NCBI GenBank assembly: GCA_036630325.1 | Contig: CP142726.1 | Location: 806,001 to 870,000 of the forward strand | Direction of reading: 5' to 3' | DNA from: Vairimorpha necatrix | Taxonomy: Eukaryota | DNA: 64,000 nt | Shown: one piece after another, positions 11,285 through 22,644 of the stretch | Layout: the number at the start of each line of letters is the position of its first letter | Position numbering within the stretch: position 1 is the stretch's first letter | Program-made: the position numbers and the translations under genes | Notes under the pieces: generated by a model | Seen by the model: only the letters and a program-made list of their open reading frames with translations | Database searches by the model: none | Told to the model about the DNA's origin: nothing

Positions 11285-13605
11285 ATTGCATTTTTAAAAC
11301 TATGTTTACATGTAAATGTGTTTTTTGTTCTAAATATGATCGCCATAACTTTTAATGTTGCCGTATGCACACTTGTATCTTAATCTATAGAACCTTAAAA
11401 TACTTTACAATAAAGTGACTGTGAACTCCTAAAAATAGAATGGTCAATATGCTACAACGTACATTTGTTCCATTGTCCTCTGCTTTGCGCTTTTCATTAA
11501 TTTTCTACTGTATTGTTTTTCTTGGCTTTGAACTGTTCTACGATATAGTATATATAGTTTCGAATTATAGAAACCAAATTTAAAAATATGATAATTAAGA
11601 ATATCTTTTAAGGAATTCCGAATTATCGCTAACTTTAATACTTCCTAATCGTTAATAACTTTTTTTTCATTTATATATCTAATAAAAGTTTTATAAAGCG
11701 AGAATCGGCATTTAAAGTAGATTATAAATACTTCAAATTTTTTTTGTATGAGACGTTTTATAGAAAAAAGAATTATTATTCATATAATCAACACCTGGGA
11801 TTTTTTTAAATGTTTTTGTGCAATTTTTTCTATTGCCGCATGATCTTCGTAACCCAATTATTTTTTTTTTTCAACTTTTTTTCTTAATATTTTTTGTGCA
11901 TTAAAACCAAAAAACCCTTGAATTCTGATCTTAATGACAATACACTTGTTTTAAAGAGCATGTTTAACATTGATAAATAAAACATATTTTAGTTTCTTTT
12001 CAATACAGCATGTAATTAATATATTAATATCCTTGTAATTTTTTGAAATCATTTTTTGAGGTAAAAAAGAAAAATTTTACGTCATTTTTTCGGACGTTAA
12101 TCGTCTCCACGTCGATATTTTTGACTCCATTTTCAAAATCATAACATTTAATATTAGGCCATGCTTATTATAAGTTAGAGATTGTCTTTGTTTTTAGAAA
12201 TTTCTCACATATGATAAGGTGATGTTATTCCTTGATATATTTGGCCTTTCTAGTATAATTTATACATATAAAGTATGCGAATACCTTTTTCTATATTTTT
12301 TCATAAATATCAGGTATAGATGCAAGTGTAGGGCTGTTACTATTTCAGATTTTAATTCCTAGATTACTAAATCTAGCATTATTGATCGCAGGTAACATTT
12401 TTATCTGTGTCATATATGTACTTTATTATTCGAATTCATCCTTTCTAGAAGCATTTCATCGTTCTTGTTGCTTACACTAGCCTATCTCGTTTTTTGGTAC
12501 TTATAATTTATTTATTAAGATTGAATAGATTTTTTTATAAAGATAATGGAAACTGACACACGTAAATTATTATCTATGTTGTAAGTAAAATGGCTATCGG
12601 CCAAATAATGCAACATACAACATAAATTTGAGAGACATTTGATGAGTATAATACGTTTTTTCTGTGTTAAAATATAAAATTTTGAAATTTAACTTGCCTC
12701 TACTTTCGTATCTATCAAAATTAATGAGCGGAATAATTTAAAATTCATAATTCATTTAAATACATGTGTTCATCTGAGGTATGAACGTGATTTATTGCAA
12801 TTAGCGAAAAAATATAATTATTTTGATCTTAAAATTTTTTTTTTATATAAAGAGTTTGTAATGCTAATAGCTAGATACCTCTTAATTCAATATCTCTGAA
12901 CAGAACCACGCAAATATCAAAAACATAGAACCAAACTAAATAAAGACAATTCTTTTATTTTTAACACAAGCCATCAATTTGCATAGAAACAATTTACTAT
13001 TTACGAACAGAGCAAAGATTTCTGACATTATGAAAATAGAAGAGGCAAATATTAAGGCATTAAGCTTGTTTAAATCTCAAGAAATAAAAAAAATGATGAT
13101 TACGTGACGACATATTTGATAACTGGTTCTTTAAGAAGAGTTTCAAGAACCCGCCGTCAATCTTATTTTAAAACTTATACAATTCTATGGCACAGGTGAT
13201 AATAATTTTTTTAGCTCTAAAAAATCATCCTTACCTCCTAAACATGCCGATTTAGCTCAAATGAAGATATCTTGACCAAAGAATAATTTTTTTCGTATTT
13301 GTCTTTAACTATTCATTGTCGCTGATCGAAATATACAATGTTTTTTTTTTTCACATAATATCTTTTATTATGCCCTTTTTTAAAAAATATTATGCACATT
13401 GTGTAGATGGTATTGAGCACAAAGTTACTGCAACAACAACATTTAGTAATATTTAAAATATAATTGAAACTGTTTAAGTTAAAGAGTGAACTAGGCATAA
13501 AAAATAATTTACAATTTATAAATAACAATGATTTAAAAGAAATTATGTGTAATAATTCGAAAAATCATACTTTCTTTCATATTAGACAATAAATCTTAGT
13601 TAATA

Positions 13606-15155
13606 TGGCTGACCGATTTTTCGGCCTAAAAAATAAAAAAATAAAAAAATAAAAAAAAAAAATAAAAAAAAATAAAAAAAAATAAAAAAAATAAATAAAA
13701 ATAATAAAACTTAACCGAAAACTAATATTAATTTAATAATGTAAAAGGGTATTCAAGAGTAGATGAAATTTGGAATAAATAATCAAGCCCGTCTATAGTT
13801 TCAAAATTGGATACAATATCATATATATTTTTTACACTTTTCAATAACTTTAAAGGACTTGTAATAAGCGCGTAGAATTTTTTGCCTGGTTTTCAAATGA
13901 TCCTCATGTAATCTTTCTCCAAAAACACCCAAGTCTGGATTTGCTACAGTAAAAAGATTATCAAGCGATCTATGAAATCCTTTATAAACTATTCGTAGTT
14001 CTTGGTAATTTATTTAACACTCGTTCATAAACATTCCAAAATAAAATCTCTTCTTCGTCAATGTCAATATAATTTTTAAATACTAATCCTAAAATTGTTT
14101 CATATCTCTTTCTATCACTCCTTGACATAAGCTTTTCTTTAATCAGATAAAAATAATTTATAACCTCAATAGATTTAACAAAACTTAACGCTAAAATACT
14201 TCTTATATTCATTTTAAATTCGATATCATTTTGATACAATGTGCTCATTTTCAACTCTTGCACTTTTCTATAAATAATCTGAAGAAATTAAAGATGCACC
14301 ATAGAAAACAGCGGCAGGAAAAGCTGTTTTAAAAGCTTTTCTTGGTGCTAATTTAAAATCTAAATTAAAACATTTAGGGTTAAAATTTGGAGCTTTTTCC
14401 AATATAAAATCACATATTTTCTTATATAGTGCCTCATTTTTTTTACATTAGTATAAATACCAAAGGAATGTACTTTGTATTGATATACGCGACTAGAGTA
14501 TAAAGTTGCTTGAACTTAGATGGAGCAAACTTGAAAGTACCATCCATTAATATAGTTTTAGTATTCTCAAGGTGAATTAAATTTTCTAGCGTGCAAAGAA
14601 TCACGACTCTTTCCTTATCTTCTATCCCAGAATCAACTTGCACAAATAATTCACCTGTAGGCAAATATTTAATTGAATTTGGGATATCAGTCTTATCGGG
14701 AGTTGAGTAAATATGCCTTCCATTTCGCATTCTCTTAATTCTATCCCTAATACTAAACATATCAGGTGTTTTTTCTAAAGTTTATTAGAAAATTCTTTCA
14801 GCGCATCAAAAATTATAATTCTTAACGCCTCGGCAGTTTCCTCTGCCCGTTTTAAGATAAGACCGTAGGAATATTCGAATTTATTTTTGTCGAAATTGGG
14901 CTCGTGGTTGGGGGGGTGGGGTAACGCTTAAAAAACTACAATCTAAATTTGTATATAGTTTTGAAGTGCAGTTTTCTGCTCTACAAATCCATATTAACTT
15001 TTCTTTTCCGTTATATCTGAAATTATACGCATGTCCTGCATATAATATCTTTTTTCCTCCCCTTTTGGAACGAATTTCACACAGTTCTTCGTGAGATAAA
15101 TTTTCCATTGAGGCATTTTAAAATAATTTTTTTAGGCCGAAAAATCGGTCAGCCA
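13606..15155 (-). mobile_element. Mutator-like (MULE) DNA transposon, defective
   Basis: About 28-bp TIRs TGGCTGACCGATTTTTCGGCCTAAAAAA at both ends; fragments of FLYWCH (14881-15108), MULE ILMDGTFK (14443-14760) and PRTTNSL*GFH (13982-14263). Confidence 0.9.
13627..13709 (+). repeat. (TA7-10)n A-rich microsatellite inside the MULE
   Basis: Repeated taaaaaaa units. Confidence 0.8.
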
Positions 15156-15686
15156 CCAAACTTTAGTTGGGCACAAAACAAAGACTTAAATTCTCGGCCC
15201 AATAATAAGATTTATATGAGAAGAAGTTTTAAAATTATATTTACCTCGTTTTTTATATTTTTTTTGGTGGTTTCGACTTGAAAAATAAATTTATAGTTTA
15301 AATGGCCACAATAAGCATCCTTTAATTTATTATAACCCTAATTCTTTTTTTTTTGGTTTGTCCGTTAAGGTTTATAGCCTTTAAGTATTCCATGCCTATT
15401 ATTTAAATTGTTTGCTGAGTGCCTTTTAATTTCTATGGGGTAAAAAATATTTTTTTTTCAAGCTACGGAAGTATGCAGCATTTTTTAGGTTGTTTAAAAT
15501 ACTTGTTTTTCCTTTTTGATTTTTTAACCTGCGATTTAACCTTTAAAATTAAGCATTTAATTTGATGTTTACAACATCAAATTAAAAAAGATAAAATTAT
15601 GCAGTACATATTGAATATATTTTCAAAAATGTAAAGCAATGTCTAAAGTATTATTGAGAATATGTTCTTTTTCTTGGAATATCATA

Positions 15687-16466
15687 TTATGCTTTTCCCG
15701 CCCATTCTTTTACTACTTCCTCAATTTTCTCCCCAAAGAATTCCTTATTATTTTTATAAATTATTTCTTCTAGTTCTTCCTCTTCTATTCCTTTAATTCC
15801 TCCTACTACTTCTAGTACTTCTCTTAACAGACCAGGTTCATTTGATTTCTGCTTAGTATAATTTTTTATATATTTAAATCCTGCGTAGCTCTTCCTGATT
15901 TTACAATAAGGACTGTCTGTCTCAATGAGTAATCTGTCTAGTGGGAGATTTCTCACTACTTCTAAACCTTCTTCAGTTTTCACTGAGCACCCGTTTATTC
16001 CTACAAAATACCCTTTCTTTACTAATTCTTTACATTCTTCTACTGTCCCAGTAAATGAGTGTACTATTCCTTTTATTGAGTAGTCTGATAAAATCTCCAT
16101 CAAATCTCTGTGTGCATCTCTAGAATGGAGGAAATATCTCTCTGCTTGATAATCAAGCTGCTTCTTGAATATTTCTCTCTGTGTTTCTACTGGGGAATAT
16201 TCAAGGCGGAAGTAGTCCAGGCCGCATTCGCCCACTGCTATGAGTCTGTCATTTGTAAGAGGAATAAATTCTGAGTCTTTGGAATGGAGTGGATGGATTC
16301 CTCCGTAAAATAATGTCTTGTATTTTTCAGCATAAAAAAGAGACTTGAGACTGGACTGGTAGTCGAGACCGACGAAAATAGGGACAATATTCTGAATTTT
16401 AGAATTTTCAATAATTTTGTCTATGTCTTTCATTTCTGTAATATTACAAGAAATGTCAATCAGCAT
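15687..16466 (-). CDS. TatD family nuclease
   Basis: GGIHP, AVGECGLDY, FLHSR, HSFTG, LLIETDSPY, NEP; likely ATG at 16466 after a CCC motif. Confidence 0.93.
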   Translation of the reverse strand: MLIDISCNITEMKDIDKIIENSKIQNIVPIFVGLDYQSSLKSLFYAEKYKTLFYGGIHPLHSKDSEFIPLTNDRLIAVGECGLDYFRLEYSPVETQREIFKKQLDYQAERYFLHSRDAHRDLMEILSDYSIKGIVHSFTGTVEECKELVKKGYFVGINGCSVKTEEGLEVVRNLPLDRLLIETDSPYCKIRKSYAGFKYIKNYTKQKSNEPGLLREVLEVVGGIKGIEEEELEEIIYKNNKEFFGEKIEEVVKEWAGKA

Positions 16467-16508
16467 AAAAAAGGGCAAACAAAGGAATTCTTCATGTCTA
16501 CAAGAATT

Positions 16509-16625
16509 TATAAAGTAAATTCTATTTTATTATGCATAAAGTAAATTCTATTTTATTTATGCATAAAGTAAATAAATCATAATTTATTTATGCATAATAA
16601 AACAAAATTTATTTACTTGCATAAT
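16509..16625. repeat. Short tandem repeat (about 26-27 bp) with TTTATGCATAAA core
   Basis: taaagtaaattctattttat(t)tatgca about 2.5 copies, in a divergent promoter. Confidence 0.75.
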
Positions 16626-16685
16626 TATTTAATATTTTGAGACCCAAAAAACATTTAAATTTTTGCATTTTTTTTAACCCTCAAA

Positions 16686-17852
16686 ATGGAACAGACTAAG
16701 CCAATCCCAGGAACTCGTCCTTTTAAACAGCAACTTATCGAATGTAGACAAGATCTAAAAAAGGCAGATGAACAAATTAGGGACTTCGAAAGAAAAATAG
16801 ACGAAGTAAAGAAAAATGATGCCAAAAATTCCCCAAAGGCTCCTCTTTTAATAAAACGTAAAGAACTTGGTTTTTTAATAAAAGATTTAAATATCAAAAA
16901 GAAAGATCTTTTTGAAAAAATTAATCAAATTAAAGAAACTTACGGAGATTTAGCAACAAAACAAGTTGAAACTAAAGGTTTTATTTCTACAGAATCAATA
17001 GAAAAAAGACTTAGAGAAATTAATTTGGAAATGTTAAAATTTCCTTGTAATGCTCAAAAATCAAAATCTTATGAAGACGAAATAAAAGATTTAAAAAGTA
17101 AGAAAATGAATATAGAAAATGAAAAAAAGAAACATGATGTTCTTAGACAAGTACAAGATCAATTAAAAAATCTTAATAGTTCATTATCTCAAGTTTATAA
17201 AGAATTGAAAATTAAAAATTCAGAAATGGCAGAAATTTTAAATTCAATAAAAGAAATTGAAAGTCAAGAAAATACAAAAAATCCTGTAATCGAAGGATAT
17301 GAAAAAAATATTGAAAATTTAAAAATAAAAAAAGAAGAAATAAATAAGAAAATTATAATAAATCAAGATGAAATAGCAAAAAAAAGAGAAGAACATCAAG
17401 AATTCTTACAGAAAAAAGCAGAAGCAGAAGCTTATGAAAAAAGGAGATCTGATATTTTAGAGAAAATTAAAGATTTAGAAATTAAGAAAGAAAGTTTAGA
17501 AAATGAAAAAGACAAATGTGACGCGTCTAAATTTGATAGTGTAATATTTTATTTAGAGAAGAAATTAGGAGAAAAAGAAGAGAAAATCACTTTCCCGCTT
17601 GATATTGTGATGAGTTTATCAGAATTTAAAGTTACAATTCCTTCAGAGAAAAAACAAATTTCAAGTACAATTTGCCAATTAAAAGAAAAGAAGAATTTAT
17701 TTCTTGAAAAAGTAGAAATAAGAAAAGAAGAACTTAAAGTTGAGATAGAAAATATTCTTGAGAATATTAATAAGGAGAAAGGGTTATTGAGTGATATACC
17801 AGTAATGGAAGTAAAATTACCTCCTTTTACTACTAAGTCACGAAGTAAATAA
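16686..17852 (+). CDS. Long coiled-coil protein, BFR1-like
   Basis: Heptad-rich; FISTESIEKRLREI and FPLDIVMSLSEFKVTIP resemble conserved Bfr1 blocks. Confidence 0.55.
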   Translation: MEQTKPIPGTRPFKQQLIECRQDLKKADEQIRDFERKIDEVKKNDAKNSPKAPLLIKRKELGFLIKDLNIKKKDLFEKINQIKETYGDLATKQVETKGFISTESIEKRLREINLEMLKFPCNAQKSKSYEDEIKDLKSKKMNIENEKKKHDVLRQVQDQLKNLNSSLSQVYKELKIKNSEMAEILNSIKEIESQENTKNPVIEGYEKNIENLKIKKEEINKKIIINQDEIAKKREEHQEFLQKKAEAEAYEKRRSDILEKIKDLEIKKESLENEKDKCDASKFDSVIFYLEKKLGEKEEKITFPLDIVMSLSEFKVTIPSEKKQISSTICQLKEKKNLFLEKVEIRKEELKVEIENILENINKEKGLLSDIPVMEVKLPPFTTKSRSK

Positions 17853-17853
17853 A

Positions 17854-18228
17854 GTTTTTATTTATGATAAACAAAACATAGACAAGTTTGTTTGTGTCGC
17901 AAATGTTTTATTTATCTACATGAACAAGTTTCTTATGCATTTTGAATTTTTCTTTATATGCTTTTATTTATGCAACATGTGCTTTTATTTATGTTGCATA
18001 GACAAGTTTATTTATGCATAGTGTACTTTTATTTATGCAGCATAGACAAGTTTATTTATGCAACATGTGCTTTATTTATGCAACATGTGCTTTTATTTAT
18101 GCAAAACAACTTTTATTTATGCAGCATGCTTTTATTTATGCAAAACGTGCTTTTATTTATGCATAGTGTACTTTTTATGCAACATGTGCTTTTTTTATGC
18201 TGCATAGACAAGTTTATTTATGCGCATA
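17854..18228. repeat. Variant minisatellite, about 20-24 bp units with core TTTATTTATGC
   Basis: About 15 cores separated by a few recurring spacer types (acatgtgct, gcatagacaag, tagtgtact, aaacgtgct). Confidence 0.9.
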
Positions 18229-18288
18229 TAATTCAAATTTATAATTTATACATTTTTAAGATATTTTTTTTACTTTTCGTTTATTTTG

Positions 18289-19098
18289 TTAGTAAGGCAC
18301 TCCTACTTTCCTTTCTAATACATTTTCCCTATATGTTTCATACAATTCACTACCAGTAAAATCAATCAAGACATTCAAATGTGTCCCCAATAATATCTCT
18401 TTTAATATTATAAAATCACTGTGATCAGGGTTGTCAATTTCTACTGTTCCCCATTCGAAACTCCTTTCTCTCGTCTTCTCTGATTTCATGTCTCCCGAAA
18501 TTATGCTAAAAGGCACATATTTGTTTATGCTTTCTTCAGTCTCAATTCTCTCGTAATAATCTTTATGCTCAAAATCAAAAATATTAATTTCATTATTCTT
18601 TAATTGTTCATTAATTCTTTCTTTAAGTTTTATTTTCTTATCATTTGTTATTCCATCTGCTTTACTTATAACTGGTATAATATTCACAATATTATGCACT
18701 CTTTTAAGAAATTGTAAATCATTTTCTTTGAGACCACTGCCAGTACACGGTATGAAATACAACATGCAGTGTACTCTAGAATCTTCAAAAGAAGAGTCTC
18801 TTCTTATTTTTGATTCTTCATTTATAAAATTGTCAAATTGTAATTTAATAAAATCGACAATATTATTCTGAATTGTAGTGTCTTGTAATTCTGAGCCGAA
18901 GCCTGGTGTGTCAATTAAACTTATCTTTTGAGTTATACCTTCACAGTCAACATTTAACATGTAGAGATTAATTTCTGAAGAATTTTTAATAGGAACTATT
19001 TGACTATTGAAAAGCGTATTGAAGAAAGAAGACTTGCCTGATTTCTTGTAACCGCATGCCATGATACTGAATCTTCTGTTTTTTCTTTTTAACATCAT
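18289..19098 (-). CDS. Septin
   Basis: GYKKSGKSSFFNTLF, IDTPGFG, DSRVHCMLYFI, NIIPVISKAD, R.FEWGTVEIDNPDHSDF. Confidence 0.95.
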   Translation of the reverse strand: MMLKRKNRRFSIMACGYKKSGKSSFFNTLFNSQIVPIKNSSEINLYMLNVDCEGITQKISLIDTPGFGSELQDTTIQNNIVDFIKLQFDNFINEESKIRRDSSFEDSRVHCMLYFIPCTGSGLKENDLQFLKRVHNIVNIIPVISKADGITNDKKIKLKERINEQLKNNEINIFDFEHKDYYERIETEESINKYVPFSIISGDMKSEKTRERSFEWGTVEIDNPDHSDFIILKEILLGTHLNVLIDFTGSELYETYRENVLERKVGVPY

Positions 19099-19994
19099 TT
19101 TGTTTGTTTTTTAAAAAAAATATAAATAAAAGTAAAACAAACATAAACCAAATGAAACAAGTTTCAGAGAAAGATGAATTATAACAATAAATATATATTG
19201 TATTAAATATATAAAAGTCATTTGTATTTAAAAAATATGGGACATAAAAAAAAAAATTTTTAAAAAAATTTATGTCTATGAAAACTGAGACATAAAACAA
19301 AGTCTCCGGACTCAATAAAAAACATCTTTATTGGTAATTTTGTAAAAAGTTATATTAAAATATTAAGATTGCTAAAGCATGTATAATGATTTTAAAATAA
19401 AATCATGGTTCTATTATGAAATATTAAAGAAAAACGTGTCAAATGTTTCAAAATGACATAGCCATATGTGACATTTGTTACATTCCCTGCAAATTATCTG
19501 ACTCATATACCTAAAAAGGATCACGGATCAATAAAATATGTATAATTCGAAAATATGAATGTTTTATGTGACATGAACCAGTTACAATGTATACAGTAAA
19601 AGCATGTGTGGCGACTTAAACTTGCGTCAAGAATATAGAAACATTTGATTTTCTATGAAAACAACTATGTCAGTGGTAAGATAGTAAGCCTTTTTGAAGG
19701 TATTTTTATTCTTTCTTTATCATTTTTAGTGCAACTACATCAAATATAATTTCATTCACAAATTATATGAATCGAATTCTTTTATAATTTCTAATAAATT
19801 TTTATATTAATATTTTGAGTCTGTTCTTTCTACCAATAAAGATTATAGGATTTTTATTAGTTTTAATTTAACTGCTAAAAATATAGAGGAAAATTTGACA
19901 TTCATTTTGTCATATAAATTACTTATTTGTAGTTTAATTTATCACATTTATAAACTGATTTAATTAATAATACCAAATTATAATTTAATTATTT

Positions 19995-20579
19995 TCATCT
20001 TCTAAATCTCAATGTTGCTATAATTCCTAAACCTATAGACTCAATAAACAATACAAAAACTACACTTCGCTCAATAAACGATCTTATACTAACAGACACA
20101 TCATACAATACTTTAAGACATCCTACCCCTTCATAATCACATATTGCCCCACTCATATCATCTTTATTTTTAAACCCGCAACATTTAAACTTTTCCTGTA
20201 AAAAATTTCTTTGATATTCACTCAAACCTATCCAAATATTCTCGCCCCATTTTATACTTTTTTCAGGCAATAACGAACTTTTCAAAGCTAATACGAATTC
20301 CAAGTTCATAAGTAATAATGACAAAAAAATATAAATAACATATTTAAACTTCTTTTTCGTATTAATTAGTTGAAAACCTATTAGAGAAAGACCAGCAGAT
20401 GTGAATGATATGGCTAAAAGTAATAATAAATTTTTATAAGTTAGTTGTAGAATATCTTTAACTTTATAGAATAAAATAATTGACATGACACCGAGTGCTA
20501 TGGCGTATATGAAAGTTAGTACTTGGATAAATATAAAAGATAATTTTAGTATTTTCTTGATTCCATTTCTATGTTTCAT
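19995..20579 (-). CDS. Tetraspanin-like protein
   Basis: Four hydrophobic segments; QEKFKCCGF motif in the large loop followed by GC. Confidence 0.8.
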   Translation of the reverse strand: MKHRNGIKKILKLSFIFIQVLTFIYAIALGVMSIILFYKVKDILQLTYKNLLLLLAISFTSAGLSLIGFQLINTKKKFKYVIYIFLSLLLMNLEFVLALKSSLLPEKSIKWGENIWIGLSEYQRNFLQEKFKCCGFKNKDDMSGAICDYEGVGCLKVLYDVSVSIRSFIERSVVFVLFIESIGLGIIATLRFRR

Positions 20580-20834
20580 GTTTGTTATTAAAGTTTTTTA
20601 TTTTTTTTTGTTAGTGATCTAAAACATGTTTTAAAAAGAACAAATTTGTATCAAATTAATATTTAACTTATTCTTATGACTAGAAATATTTTTTTAAGTA
20701 TGTTAACATACTATATTAGATTTTTCTTGTTTAATATTTTTAATGTCTTTTATCATTTTAAAAAAATTAACATAAAATATTACATTTTTTTTCTTAATTA
20801 AAGTGTTCAATGCTACAAATGATTTTAATTAAAA

Positions 20835-21001
20835 TTAACATACCATATTAGTTTTTTTTCTTGTTTTATATTAAAATAACTTGCTAATACTCTAAATCTT
20901 TCAAAAATGATTTAACATACTACATTAGTTTTTTTTCTTGTTTTATATTAAAATGACTTGCTAATACTTTAAATGCTTTAAAATGATTTAACATACCATA
21001 T
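20835..21001. repeat. About 77-bp tandem duplication
   Basis: ttaacatac..attagttttttttcttgttttatattaaaat..cttgctaatact units starting at 20835, 20912 and 20988 (partial). Confidence 0.85.
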
Positions 21002-21099
21002 TTGTTTTTCCCTATACTGTAAATTATAATATCTTTCTTTTTCTTAATTGTTTTCAATGTGTTACAATATAAATTAAAAATTTCAAAAAAAATAAATAA

Positions 21100-22083
21100 A
21101 TGGATCAAAAACATGACATCTCCAAAAATTACAATATAACCCTAGTCACAGACCCTTCATTCCCCAAAGAACAAGTACTTTGCACCAATGAATATGGTTT
21201 TATAACCGACAATTTCTCCAATACTATCGATATCAACCTACATTATATAAAAAAACAATGGTACGAAAAAATAGATAAATACAAATCTGATTACAAAAAA
21301 TACAAAAAGAATCCTACAATTTTGAAATTAGTTCGTTCCGGCATACCAATTTCTTTAAAATACACTGTATGGAAGATTTTTATAAATCGTGGTTTCCAAC
21401 ACGAATACGATTTATTAAAAAATGTTAGAACAGAATACGACCATCAAATACACGTCGATGTTCAAAGAACTTTCAGAAAACATTACCTTTTTTTTAAACC
21501 TTACGGCCGTGGCCAATCAGAACTATTTAATGTTTTAACAGCTTCCGCCAATTTCATTCCATCTATTGGTTACTGCCAAGGTATGTCAAGTTTCGCCGGT
21601 ATTATACTTATGTATTTTCCTGAAGAAGAAGCTTTCGAAATGATGGTCAACATAATAAAAAAGAACAATTTGGAAACTCTTTTTGACAAATCGCTTAGTA
21701 AAATTCATAAGATACAGAAGTTACAATCAGAATTAATGAAATTAATTATACCTGATGTTTTAAATCATTTAATTAAAAACGATATTGATATTAATATTTA
21801 TGCAATAAGTTGGTATTTGACACTTTTTACAAGATTTGAGATTAGATATGTTCTGAGATTTTGGGATTTGTTTTTATATTTTGAGTTTCCGATTTTTTTA
21901 TATATTGCTACTTCTATGCTTGAGTTTTTTGGTGACGTCATTATGGATTTAAAAGATGAACAATTAGTAGAGTTTATGAGTAAAATTGATACTTTTGAAA
22001 TGGATATTGATAAGATTATATTTAATAGTATTAAGTATGCTAAGAAATATGATTATCAATCTTTTAAGAAAAAATTAAATTAA
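21100..22083 (+). CDS. TBC-domain Rab GTPase-activating protein
   Basis: GIPISLKYTVW, QIHVDVQRTF, IGYCQGM, WYLTLF, LRFWD. Confidence 0.93.
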   Translation: MDQKHDISKNYNITLVTDPSFPKEQVLCTNEYGFITDNFSNTIDINLHYIKKQWYEKIDKYKSDYKKYKKNPTILKLVRSGIPISLKYTVWKIFINRGFQHEYDLLKNVRTEYDHQIHVDVQRTFRKHYLFFKPYGRGQSELFNVLTASANFIPSIGYCQGMSSFAGIILMYFPEEEAFEMMVNIIKKNNLETLFDKSLSKIHKIQKLQSELMKLIIPDVLNHLIKNDIDINIYAISWYLTLFTRFEIRYVLRFWDLFLYFEFPIFLYIATSMLEFFGDVIMDLKDEQLVEFMSKIDTFEMDIDKIIFNSIKYAKKYDYQSFKKKLN

Positions 22084-22279
22084 TTCTAAAAAGGAAGTTT
22101 TTTTAAGTACTTTCATTAGTTTTTAATTTATTTTTTTTGACAGTTAATTTGAAATGTGTCATTTTGATTAAATTAAATTTTCATTTTAAAAATTGACTTA
22201 CTTTAAAACAAAATAAAATTATTTATTGTTTTTTATTTTTCAGGTTAGTTAATTACTTAAGCTTTCAAGGTAAATAAAA

Positions 22280-22426
22280 TTAATTTTATTTTTTTTAAGT
22301 ATAAATACTGTTTTTAATTTATAAACTGAATACTTCAGTTTATCAAGTTCATTAATTTTATTTTTTTTTAAGTATAAATACTGTTTTTAATTTATAAACT
22401 AAACTTCAGTTTATCAAGTTCATTAA
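22280..22426. repeat. About 72-bp tandem duplication upstream of Myb
   Basis: ttaattttatttttttttaagtataaatactgtttttaatt..acttcagtttatcaagttca x2. Confidence 0.85.
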
Positions 22427-22644
22427 GTTTTTTTTATTTTATTTCAAACGGGGTTTAATTTTTCTAAAATTTTCCGTTTTTTCTGTTAGTTTTGTTTGGA
22501 TGACTCACAAACAATTTTATAGATTTTACAGTTTTTCAAAAAAACTCTTCTTCAAAACAAGTCTTATTATTTACCTATAAATATTATTTTTTTTTGTCTC
22601 TGACATTTCTATAAAACACAAACATTTCCCCTTGTATATCAAAT

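Noticed and set aside
11290-13600. Genes between the gypsy and MULE elements (including ORF 13313-13528)
   Set aside because: Only short broken frames with no identifiable family; probably decayed DNA
17854-18228. CRISPR-like repeat-spacer array
   Set aside because: Core is only about 11 bp, spacers are short and reused, there are no cas genes and the host is eukaryotic; it is a minisatellite
17958-18359. 133-aa ORF with LLFMQHV repeats
   Set aside because: Translation of the minisatellite; overlaps the septin 3' end in antisense
19004-19315. 103-aa ORF upstream of septin
   Set aside because: F/I/Y-rich translation of AT-rich intergenic DNA, overlapping septin out of frame
20920-21114. 64-aa minus-strand ORF
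   Set aside because: Lies on a tandem duplication in a promoter region
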